A stretch of DNA of 40,704 nucleotides from a virus (lineage: Duplodnaviria > Caudoviricetes): IMG/VR virus record IMGVR_UViG_3300020045_007862, positions 1-40,704 of that record; one strand, 5' to 3'. Position numbers and translations under genes: made by a program. Positions 14,517-22,371 of the stretch are shown here, in pieces; position 1 is the stretch's first letter; each line of letters starts with the position of its first letter. The notes under the pieces are model-generated. The model searched no databases. It saw only the letters and a list, made by a program, of their open reading frames with translations, and was not told the origin of the DNA.

Positions 14517-15623
14517 ATGCCCCAATTCGGACCAATCCCCGCTGAGGTTGCCGTAATCGGCGATTACCCCGACGGCTATGGCGACGGCAGCCGCAAGGTT
14601 TTCGAGCTACTTAATCGCCTCGGCATTGTCTCGACCTCTTGCTATTTCTCCACCCTCACCGAAGTCTCGCCCCCGGAAGGCGATATCGACAACTGGATTT
14701 CCGAGCGCAAGACTTGTCCAGGGGCCGGCTGGGTTAATAAGGGGGGAAAATGGTTCCACCCGACGCTTGCGGCTGGCTGTGAGGCCCTTGAGGCCCGCCT
14801 AGCGGAAGTCGCCCCGAAAGTGGTCGTCACCCTTGGCAAAGCAGCCCTAGCGTGGTTCGCAGGTCCCACGCAGATCGCAAAATGGCGGGGCTCTCGCCTG
14901 ACACCCCCCGGCTACCCCTTCACCCTGCTCCCCACAATCCACCCCCGCACCCTGGTCATGCAGCCCGACCAGGCTTTTATCCTTCAAATGGACCTCACCC
15001 GTGCGTATAACATCTACACCCAAAAGCAGCTACCGAGAACCTATGATTTTATCATCCAGCCCAAACTTGACCAAGTTCTGGATTGCCTCGCGGATTTATA
15101 TGCTCGGGCAGAACTACTCCGCGGTTCTGAAGAAAAGCTCAAACTCTCCGGCGACCTCGAAACCCGCGCGGCTAACATCGCCTGCTTTGGAATCGCCTGG
15201 AGCGAAACCGAAGCCATCTGCATCCCCCATCTTGTCGTAAACGACGAAAACCCCTTCTACTGGAGCATTGATGACGAAGCCCAGATCATATGGTTGTATG
15301 CACAACTATTCCATCATCCAAATGTCCTTTGGGTCGGCCAAAACTACCTGTATGATACGCAGTATTTCTGGCGCCATTGGGGAGTATTGCCCGTTAATGT
15401 ACGAGACACCATGATTGCCCATCACTCTCTGCATAGTAATATCCGAAAGGGCCTTGACTTTTTATCCTCAATGTATGCTGCCGATCATGTCTATTGGAAA
15501 GGGGAGATCAAGGATTGGGATCCAAAACTCGGTGAAAAACAATTCTGGGAATACAACTGCAAAGATGCGTGTATTACATATGAGATCGACGCAGAGATTC
15601 TAAAGGAGCGGGATCGTGAGTAA
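14517..15623 (+). CDS. polA: DNA polymerase A, N-terminal part: UDG-family-4-like domain plus 3'-5' exonuclease
   Basis: UDG-like PKVVVTLG...KWRG...PTIHP. Exo I GDLET, Exo II QNYLYD, Exo III YNCKD. Confidence 0.85.
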   Translation: MPQFGPIPAEVAVIGDYPDGYGDGSRKVFELLNRLGIVSTSCYFSTLTEVSPPEGDIDNWISERKTCPGAGWVNKGGKWFHPTLAAGCEALEARLAEVAPKVVVTLGKAALAWFAGPTQIAKWRGSRLTPPGYPFTLLPTIHPRTLVMQPDQAFILQMDLTRAYNIYTQKQLPRTYDFIIQPKLDQVLDCLADLYARAELLRGSEEKLKLSGDLETRAANIACFGIAWSETEAICIPHLVVNDENPFYWSIDDEAQIIWLYAQLFHHPNVLWVGQNYLYDTQYFWRHWGVLPVNVRDTMIAHHSLHSNIRKGLDFLSSMYAADHVYWKGEIKDWDPKLGEKQFWEYNCKDACITYEIDAEILKERDRE

Positions 15624-16035
15624 ATTTAACCCGTTGACAAGTAAACACCCTTTTACTACCGTGTGGCGAAACATCCATGCACGTTGCTACGATCCACGCG
15701 ATGTAGCCTATCGCCATTATGGGGGTAAGGGTATTACCGTGTGTGAACGCTGGCGTGCTTTTCCTAACTTCTATGCTGATATGTTTCCCTTTTATGCAGT
15801 GGGATTGCAGATTGATCGCATAGATAATACTAAAAGTTATCAACCCGATAATTGTCGCTGGGTCACGGCAGCAATTAATGTTAGGAATAGCAGCTTGGCA
15901 AAACTGACGCAAGAACAAGTTACAACGATTCGCCTACGCTTGGTCTCTAAACCTAATCAAACAAAACTAGCGAGGGAATTCGGAGTGACACCGCAAACAA
16001 TATGTGACATTAAACACGGTAGGTCTTGGCTATGA
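15616..16035 (+). mobile_element. HNH-type homing endonuclease gene with C-terminal HTH, inserted in polA
   Basis: RC...YGGKGITVCERW...IDRIDN..Y.PDNCRW plus LAREFGVTPQTI HTH; AAGGAG RBS; more AT-rich than its flanks. Confidence 0.85.
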
Positions 16036-17342
16036 GCAAATCCTCCGAACACTTCGATTTCCAGCAATCCCTATTCTTCCCCGTTCTCCGCATGATGAAC
16101 CGGGGAATCCGCATCGACACGGGAATGCGAACTGCCTTAAGCGCCGAACTTCTCCGAACAACCATCGACCGGCAAGAGCAACTAAACTGGATCGCCGGCC
16201 ACGAACTAAATCCAAAATCCCCCGCGCAGCTCCTCAAATTCTTCTACAACGACCTCGGCATCGCTGGAATCCGTAATATCATCACGGAAGGGCTAACCAC
16301 AAACTCCGCCGCACTTGCCACCGTTGCTGAAAGGGAACCACTATTACGCCCGCTCGTCCAGCTTATTCTAGAACTCCGCTCGCTCGGTGTCTTCCGGGGA
16401 ACCTTCGTGGAAGCGGATTTGGATTCCGACGGGAGAATGCGGTGTTCTTTCTCCATCGCCGGCCCCACCACGTACAGGTTCTCGTCATCCGAAAACGCAT
16501 TCGGCTCTGGCATGAACTTGCAGAATATCCCGGTTTCTGAGAAAAACAAACTCGCCGGCAGCACTGATTACATCAAGCTCCCGAATATCCGAAAGCTCTT
16601 CATCCCCGATGAAGGCTATACCTTCTTCGACATGGACCTGGACCGGGCCGACCTCCAAGTCGTCGTTTGGGAAGCCGATGATTCCGACCTGAAAAAAGCC
16701 CTCCGCCTGGGCCTAGACATGCACTGCTTCTCCGCCGTGGATATCTTCAACATCAAAGGAATTCCCCATGACGAACTCATGGAATCGCACCCGAATTATA
16801 AAAACCATCGCGCGCGAATCGGCGAGGCAAATCGCGGCAAAGCAAAGGCCGGCGTCCATGCCACTAACTACGGGGTGGGCGACCGAAAGCTCGCTGTGGC
16901 TTTGGGAATTACTGTTCACGAAGCCTCGGTATTCCGTGCAAGATGGTTCTCTGCACACCCGGGTATCCGCCGCTGGCATACCCGAACAGAAAAAGCTGTC
17001 TCAGAAACTGGCTACCTTGAAAACCGTTTCGGTGCACGCCTCTATAACTTCGGACGTTTTATGCTTCCAGAATTTCTCGCATGGGGGCCACAGAGTACGG
17101 TCGCGGGTGTTATTAACCGGGCACTGGTACGAATCGACGCTGCCGCGCAAGCAGGCGAGACTTCTACGCAGCTTCTTATCCAAGTCCACGACTCGCTTGC
17201 CGGGCAGTTTCTATCGACTCGCAAAGATCAAGAGATTGAAAAACTACGGGAGCTTTCCCAAATCGTGATTCCTTACGACGAGCCACTGGTTATTCCGGTG
17301 GGATTCAAGACCTCTAACACTAGCTGGGGAGACTGCAAATGA
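16032..17342 (+). CDS. polA: DNA polymerase A, polymerase domain
   Basis: TYRFSSS...NLQNIP, motif A DMDLDRADL, motif B RGKAKAGVHATNYG, motif C QVHDS; ATGA overlap with the HNH stop. Confidence 0.9.
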   Translation: MSKSSEHFDFQQSLFFPVLRMMNRGIRIDTGMRTALSAELLRTTIDRQEQLNWIAGHELNPKSPAQLLKFFYNDLGIAGIRNIITEGLTTNSAALATVAEREPLLRPLVQLILELRSLGVFRGTFVEADLDSDGRMRCSFSIAGPTTYRFSSSENAFGSGMNLQNIPVSEKNKLAGSTDYIKLPNIRKLFIPDEGYTFFDMDLDRADLQVVVWEADDSDLKKALRLGLDMHCFSAVDIFNIKGIPHDELMESHPNYKNHRARIGEANRGKAKAGVHATNYGVGDRKLAVALGITVHEASVFRARWFSAHPGIRRWHTRTEKAVSETGYLENRFGARLYNFGRFMLPEFLAWGPQSTVAGVINRALVRIDAAAQAGETSTQLLIQVHDSLAGQFLSTRKDQEIEKLRELSQIVIPYDEPLVIPVGFKTSNTSWGDCK

Positions 17343-17629
17343 TTTTACCAATACCGCAACGGCCGAATCTTCCAACGCGCTGCCTAGCCGCCATTGAAGT
17401 ATTGCCTTTTCTAATAGGGCGCCCACTTGACGAGATAGCCTTTGGTTGGTTGGACTGTCTACGCGGGGATTTACGCATTTCTTATGGGGAAGTTAAATGT
17501 GATTCCCGCCTCTGGAGAGTTACCGTTATTCTAAATAAGCGCATGCTTATTGAACGTATCACGCAAGAAGTCGGCTTGTCGAGTGATAATATGTCTGGTT
17601 TAGCTATGCTGAAAGCAGTGGGGTTGTGA
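17339..17629 (+). CDS. Hypothetical protein, potato-inhibitor-I / I78 protease-inhibitor-like
   Basis: PFLIGRPLDE...GEVKCDSRLWRVTVILNK...I pattern resembles CI-2/eglin-type inhibitors; ATGA overlap with polA. Confidence 0.5.
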   Translation: MILPIPQRPNLPTRCLAAIEVLPFLIGRPLDEIAFGWLDCLRGDLRISYGEVKCDSRLWRVTVILNKRMLIERITQEVGLSSDNMSGLAMLKAVGL

Positions 17630-17881
17630 ATGACGCCGAACGACATGCTCCGATATCACTGGCTTGATTCGCAATGCCGCTGGCATGGAGAGCGTGCTCG
17701 TGGTAATAACTGGCACCGTCGGCAATCTGCTTGGTATCGAAAGCAGATTAGCGGCCTCCCAGGTCTTTTTACCTGGATTGTCAGCGAAACCTTTAAGCGA
17801 AATGCGCCGGCAATAGTGGCTAACATCACACGAAATGACGCGCTGTATGCGCGACTAAATAAGGGCCGCCGTGACAACTGA
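17630..17881 (+). CDS. 83-aa protein containing a copy of the major capsid protein N-terminal segment
   Basis: 16/33 ungapped identities to residues 7-39 of the 31681-32658 product. Confidence 0.7.
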   Translation: MTPNDMLRYHWLDSQCRWHGERARGNNWHRRQSAWYRKQISGLPGLFTWIVSETFKRNAPAIVANITRNDALYARLNKGRRDN

Positions 17882-19061
17882 ATCCGACCGCGAACTCCCA
17901 GACTGGCTCACCGAGTTCATGAATAATACAACCTGGGGGGAAGCGCCCCCCCACTTTTACTTCTGGGTAGGGGTACAGACCATCGCCTGCGCGCTTCGTC
18001 GGCGGGTGTGGCTCGATATGGGGACATTTTCCTGGTACCCTAATCTCTATACCCTGCTAGTCGCCCCTCCAGGGATTGTCCAAAAAAGCAGCACTTCCGA
18101 CCTCGGAATGCGCCTCCTAAAGCAAATCCCCGGTATCCACCAAGGCCCAACCACCCTCACCTGGCAATCCCTCTACGACGCTTTTCTTGAAGTCGGGGAT
18201 GAATTCCAGGTCTCCCCAACAGAAATGCGGACGCAGTATCCCCTCTATATCAATAGCTCCGAGTTCGGGATTACCCTGAACATGAAAGACATTGATATGG
18301 TGAACCAGCTAATCCACGTCTGGGACGGGTATGAGATGAAAAAGCGGACTCGGATGGACGGGGAATTGATTATCCCTACGCCGAGTCTGAATATGATTGC
18401 TTGTACGACGCCGAGCTGGATCGCGGAAAACGTCCCACAATACCTAATCGGAGGAGGCTTAACCTCTCGCATGCTTTTCGTCTATGGGGAAGAGAAGTCC
18501 CGTTACATTGCCTATCCGCAGGACCACATGCCCCCGGATTACGTCGAGCGACAAGGAAAGCTCGTCCGAGACCTTGAACGAATTTCCCAGCTCGTCGGGG
18601 GTTTCACCATCACCGAAGACGCGAAGGCTTGGGGACGGGAATGGTACGAACGGTTCCATAAGGTCGAATCAAAGCAGCTTGATGCTACTCTAATCGGCGG
18701 CTACATCGCTCGAAAGCAAACTCTCGTCCACAAAGTCGCCATGGTTCTCGCAGTCTCCCGGGGAGATAATCTCGTCATCGACCGAGCCCTACTAGAGCGC
18801 GCCGTCGCTCTAATAACCGAACTCGAAGGCAACATGCCTAAGGTTTACAACAAGATCGGAATGTCCGCCGACTCGAATGCGGCTCTCCAGGTTCTAGCTT
18901 TCCTCGACCGGTACGACGGAAGCTGTGATTTTAACCTCCTCTATCGGTACATGCACCGGCATTATCCCGATCCAGAAGAGTTCGAGGGTATCCTCCGGGG
19001 CATGATGGAGGCCCAGTATATCCGCATCGATCAAGGAAAAAGGCTGGTGATTAAACTATGA
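17871..19061 (+). CDS. DUF3987-like P-loop ATPase, putative replicative helicase-type protein
   Basis: YPNLYTLLVAPPG..QKSS Walker A-like, INSSEFG Walker B-like, GLTSRMLFV arginine finger, C-terminal winged helix. Confidence 0.7.
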   Translation: MTTESDRELPDWLTEFMNNTTWGEAPPHFYFWVGVQTIACALRRRVWLDMGTFSWYPNLYTLLVAPPGIVQKSSTSDLGMRLLKQIPGIHQGPTTLTWQSLYDAFLEVGDEFQVSPTEMRTQYPLYINSSEFGITLNMKDIDMVNQLIHVWDGYEMKKRTRMDGELIIPTPSLNMIACTTPSWIAENVPQYLIGGGLTSRMLFVYGEEKSRYIAYPQDHMPPDYVERQGKLVRDLERISQLVGGFTITEDAKAWGREWYERFHKVESKQLDATLIGGYIARKQTLVHKVAMVLAVSRGDNLVIDRALLERAVALITELEGNMPKVYNKIGMSADSNAALQVLAFLDRYDGSCDFNLLYRYMHRHYPDPEEFEGILRGMMEAQYIRIDQGKRLVIKL

Positions 19062-19312
19062 CCGCTCGTTCAGAAAGTCTCCTTGCGAAAATCCAGTCTG
19101 ATGGCTATTGCTGCCTTAAAGGCTACCTCGAACTATGTCGAGCCCGCGGGCAAAAAGCCACAGATATGGCCCCATTCATCGGAATATCCGAACATACGCT
19201 CTGGTACCATTACCGAAGACTCGATGCGGGGAAAATGGCCTGTAAGCGGTTCTCGGACTGTCTTAAACTAACAATAGATGAAATCTCTGCCCAAAATAAA
19301 GCCCCTGAGTAG
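19058..19312 (+). CDS. Small HTH-like protein
   Basis: ATDMAPFIGISEHTLWYH HTH-like segment; ATGA overlap. Confidence 0.55.
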   Translation: MTARSESLLAKIQSDGYCCLKGYLELCRARGQKATDMAPFIGISEHTLWYHYRRLDAGKMACKRFSDCLKLTIDEISAQNKAPE

Positions 19313-19321
19313 GGGCTTTTT
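19298..19321. terminator. Bidirectional terminator between the two genome arms
   Basis: AAAGCCCCT-GAGT-AGGGGCTTTTT, with A-rich 5' and T-rich 3' flanks, at the convergence point. Confidence 0.8.
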
Positions 19322-19353
19322 GCCGGCTAGTGGGGGAAATTTAAGAAACAAAC

Positions 19354-20766
19354 TTAACCGACAACCCAATTGGTGCCGTTGCAAAAGACCGGCACGGTGT
19401 TGGCGCCGCCACCCGCTACGGTGCTGCCGACGTTGGCCGAGGTGTAGGCCACAGTGGCGTCACCTACCCAGGCCCGGAAGCCCTTGAGTCCGGCCGCCGC
19501 CGCTGGCAGTTGCGCGACGGTCGCCGATCCCCAGCCGACCCGCGTTGCCGCGTTGAAGTGCAGCACCTGGGTTTGTGCAGTGCTTTCTCCCTTGCCGTAG
19601 ATCAGCCCGCTGTCCTGGGCTGCCGCAAGCGTGACCCCCCGGTCCACGTTGTCGATGAATAGCTGCCTCGACGCCCCCGCCGCGCGCCCGGCAAAGTAGC
19701 CAATGCCGATGCACTGGTCTGCGGTGTTGATCGAATATAGGGATCGGTAACCCAAGGCGACGTTTCCGCTACCGACCCCGGCCGTTGCAGCCAATGCGCC
19801 GACGCCGACGCCGACGTTGTAGTTCGCCGTCCCCGTGCTGTTGAACCCTGCGGTGTAGCCGACAAAGACGTTGGCAGCCCCGGTCGCCAGATACTGCCCA
19901 GAATGCACCCCCACAGCGGTGTTTTCATAGCCCGTCGTCAGGCTGGTGAGCGAATACACACCCAACGCGGTATTGCGCCGCCCGGTCGTGTTGATTTTCA
20001 GGGCTTCAAATCCGACAGCCGTGCTGGCATACCCCGTGTTGGTGCTGAAGGTGCCCTTCCCGAGCGCCGTAGATTGATCGCTGAATGCGGCAAACCGGAC
20101 TTGCGTCGCATCCTTGAACTGGCCGCGATTGCTCGCAGTCCAGTCCACTGCCGCGCCGAGAGAGCCATCGGCGGTGTTGTCGGTGTACGTGGTTGTGGTG
20201 TTGTCGTTGACTTCCGCGACATAGCGGTAATCCTTCGGATCAACCACGCCAGAAACTGCCGGCGTCCGGTAGATGCGCCGTGCGATAACGCCGGCAGGGC
20301 CGACAGGGATGGCGGTCAGGTTGACCTGTTGCGACGATGGGTTCACCACCGTTGCAGTGCCGGGCCACGGAGCGGTTTCGCCCAGCGCCGTGACGTAGGT
20401 AGTCGAGTAGTAGTAGGCCCCGGTCAGCACGCCCGCCGCGCCCACTGCCGCTATCACGTTGCTGGTCGGCGGCGCAATCCCATCATCTGACACCAGGGGT
20501 TTAGTCGCCACCACTTCCGCCGCCGTCAGTCCTGCGGGTGTAGGAACTACAGGCAGCACCGCCCCCGTATCCGAAGCCCAGCCTTGTTCAACTGCGATTT
20601 TCCCCCACTCACGAGTAACAGTATAGCTCTGCCCTGTCTGTTTTAGGGAATTATCCGTGTAATACTTATTCGTCTTCATCAGCACGGTCATTGTGCTGGT
20701 CAGCGCATCAAGTTCCGTCCCGAGATAGTCCTTCGCCGAATCGGCGGAAAAAGCTTGAGTGGTCAT
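19354..20766 (-). CDS. Tail fibre / receptor-binding protein
   Basis: Ig-like YYYSTTYV...GET...RRIYRT domain, ~14-aa NTAVG-type (YadA-head-like) repeats, C-terminal ATVAQLPAA...PVFCNGTNW domain. Confidence 0.75.
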   Translation of the reverse strand: MTTQAFSADSAKDYLGTELDALTSTMTVLMKTNKYYTDNSLKQTGQSYTVTREWGKIAVEQGWASDTGAVLPVVPTPAGLTAAEVVATKPLVSDDGIAPPTSNVIAAVGAAGVLTGAYYYSTTYVTALGETAPWPGTATVVNPSSQQVNLTAIPVGPAGVIARRIYRTPAVSGVVDPKDYRYVAEVNDNTTTTYTDNTADGSLGAAVDWTASNRGQFKDATQVRFAAFSDQSTALGKGTFSTNTGYASTAVGFEALKINTTGRRNTALGVYSLTSLTTGYENTAVGVHSGQYLATGAANVFVGYTAGFNSTGTANYNVGVGVGALAATAGVGSGNVALGYRSLYSINTADQCIGIGYFAGRAAGASRQLFIDNVDRGVTLAAAQDSGLIYGKGESTAQTQVLHFNAATRVGWGSATVAQLPAAAAGLKGFRAWVGDATVAYTSANVGSTVAGGGANTVPVFCNGTNWVVG

Positions 20767-21044
20767 TACGCAGCTCCGTAATACAGCACGTCAACCGAAG
20801 CCGACGCGGTTTGTTCAATCATGCGGAAGGAGGAGAGGCCGCCTTCTACCCGGTATTCCACACCTACCGCAACCGGATAACCCACAGCCGCAGTCGGCGC
20901 CGTCCCGTCATCCCGAACCCGAATAGCCTGCGTACTGGGCTTAATAAGCGCCAGCGCGGCCCCCGCCGGCACCGTCAATGCCGTACTCGCCGCAAGCGAC
21001 GTAATCTGCTGATACCCCAAAGGGCGAAGGCTAGTTGAATACAT
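20766..21044 (-). CDS. Small beta-rich virion/tail-associated protein
   Basis: GAGGA RBS; coupled to the fibre gene; Ala/Val/Thr-rich. Confidence 0.6.
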   Translation of the reverse strand: MYSTSLRPLGYQQITSLAASTALTVPAGAALALIKPSTQAIRVRDDGTAPTAAVGYPVAVGVEYRVEGGLSSFRMIEQTASASVDVLYYGAA

Positions 21045-21051
21045 AAAATCC

Positions 21052-21357
21052 TCAAATATGATGTTGAAACAATCGTTTGAAGTAACTCAAACGGAAAGAA
21101 ATAGGGCCGCTCTTCATGGAATAAGCCAACCCCCCGAAAAACAACGCAAGCCCAATATGCAAAAACAAATGCACCGGCTCGGTTGGGGTGTCCGTTGTGA
21201 ACTTATAATCGATCCGAGCAAAGCACCAGATTGCTAGAAAACTCGCACCGACTCGTTCAAAGATATTTTCTCGGTAGCCGGCATAAAATACCCCGATAGT
21301 GCAAAGCATTCCGACAATTCCCAAGGATACTACGCTGATCCAAGTTGTCAAGTCCAC
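21052..21357 (-). CDS. Membrane protein, holin/antiholin-like
   Basis: 101 aa, three hydrophobic segments, basic C-terminus. Confidence 0.55.
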   Translation of the reverse strand: MDLTTWISVVSLGIVGMLCTIGVFYAGYRENIFERVGASFLAIWCFARIDYKFTTDTPTEPVHLFLHIGLALFFGGLAYSMKSGPISFRLSYFKRLFQHHI

Positions 21358-21359
21358 GA

Positions 21360-21656
21360 TTAAAGCCCCAGTTTCGTGAGGATTCGTTCGACGATAGACT
21401 TCGCGGGAAATTGTTCAAGAATCTCGAATAACTTCGCAGCTACTGCCATTCCGAATAGCCCAATGAGAAACGCGATTAGATTAGAATCGGCCGACTCGAA
21501 CAATCGAAGGCCGAAAGGCGTGCAGTAATAACTAGCCGCGGAGCCCGCAATAACTGCGGAGATTTTCCGGACTAGGGTTTCTTTCAACCAGAGCATGGCC
21601 GAAAGTGCCCCGATTACCCCAGGAGTGCCGCGTGTGATTTCAGAGTTATCGAACAT
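21360..21656 (-). CDS. Holin-like membrane protein
   Basis: Start moved to ATG 21656 (MFDNSEITRG...); GVIGALSA / IAGSAASYY / AFLIGLFGM hydrophobic segments. Confidence 0.65.
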   Translation of the reverse strand: MFDNSEITRGTPGVIGALSAMLWLKETLVRKISAVIAGSAASYYCTPFGLRLFESADSNLIAFLIGLFGMAVAAKLFEILEQFPAKSIVERILTKLGL

Positions 21657-21657
21657 A

Positions 21658-22371
21658 TTAAAAGCGTGGAAAAGCACTGCTTGGTGGAAGATAGTCTGCG
21701 GTATATCGAGCAACGCCGACAGTAAGCCGGCATTCATCGATGTATCCAAGATAGTAGTCACCGTTACCGCGCTCACACCGACCTGGGGCGTAAGTAACGG
21801 GAACACTTGACCCAGGAAATCCGGCGATTTGCGCGCGAGTTAGCACTAGAATTCCGTCTACAAAGATTCGGACAGAGGTTAGATCGAATACGATTGCAAC
21901 TTGATACCAAGGGCCAACTACCATTGTTTGAGTAGTTATCCATTGATTATACGCGCCATCGACGTAGTATAACTTTCCGTCAAGGCTATTGACAGTTAGA
22001 CTATGCGCATCACCGGACCAAGAAATGTCCCAAAACCGATTTTGGTCGGGGATCGCCGTCGGAAACCCAGTAAACTTCACTCCGATTTCCGCTGTAAAAG
22101 CCACGGTTCCGGGCGAGGTTTTCAATAAAGAGGTGCGAAGCCCCCCAGAACCCTCAGACCCACGAAACATACTCAAATTACCATACAAGGCGGCAGAGCT
22201 ACTAGCTACCATGCGATTTAAGTCGTTCGTCCACGTCACCGCTGGGATCGCGTCTAGGGGGATAAAACTGGTTGCCAAATCCTCAAACGAAAGCAGTGAC
22301 GCTACGTTTGCAAAGTAGGGATCAGCGGATAATGCTGAATTCATCAGCAGAGCCTGAGCCATCGCGTGCAT
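21658..22371 (-). CDS. LamG/concanavalin-A-like domain tail protein
   Basis: DPYFANVASLLSFE, FTAE, WYQVAIV...IFVDG, GYIDECRLT.GVARY motifs; coupled start at 22371. Confidence 0.8.
   Translation of the reverse strand: MHAMAQALLMNSALSADPYFANVASLLSFEDLATSFIPLDAIPAVTWTNDLNRMVASSSAALYGNLSMFRGSEGSGGLRTSLLKTSPGTVAFTAEIGVKFTGFPTAIPDQNRFWDISWSGDAHSLTVNSLDGKLYYVDGAYNQWITTQTMVVGPWYQVAIVFDLTSVRIFVDGILVLTRAQIAGFPGSSVPVTYAPGRCERGNGDYYLGYIDECRLTVGVARYTADYLPPSSAFPRF

Noticed and set aside
14510-14518. TGGTATAAT extended -10 for polA
   Set aside because: It overlaps the ATG at 14517, so it could not transcribe that start, and there is no good -35. Left unassigned.
15616-16035. Group I intron or intein in polA
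   Set aside because: The HNH ORF occupies the whole insert, in a different frame with a stop in the polA frame. I saw no intron core elements or intein terminal residues.
15618-16036. T4 gene 60-style ribosomal hop from GAG-TAA to the GAG at 16034
   Set aside because: Landing on that GAG resumes in the wrong frame (QILRTLRF...), not the polymerase frame.
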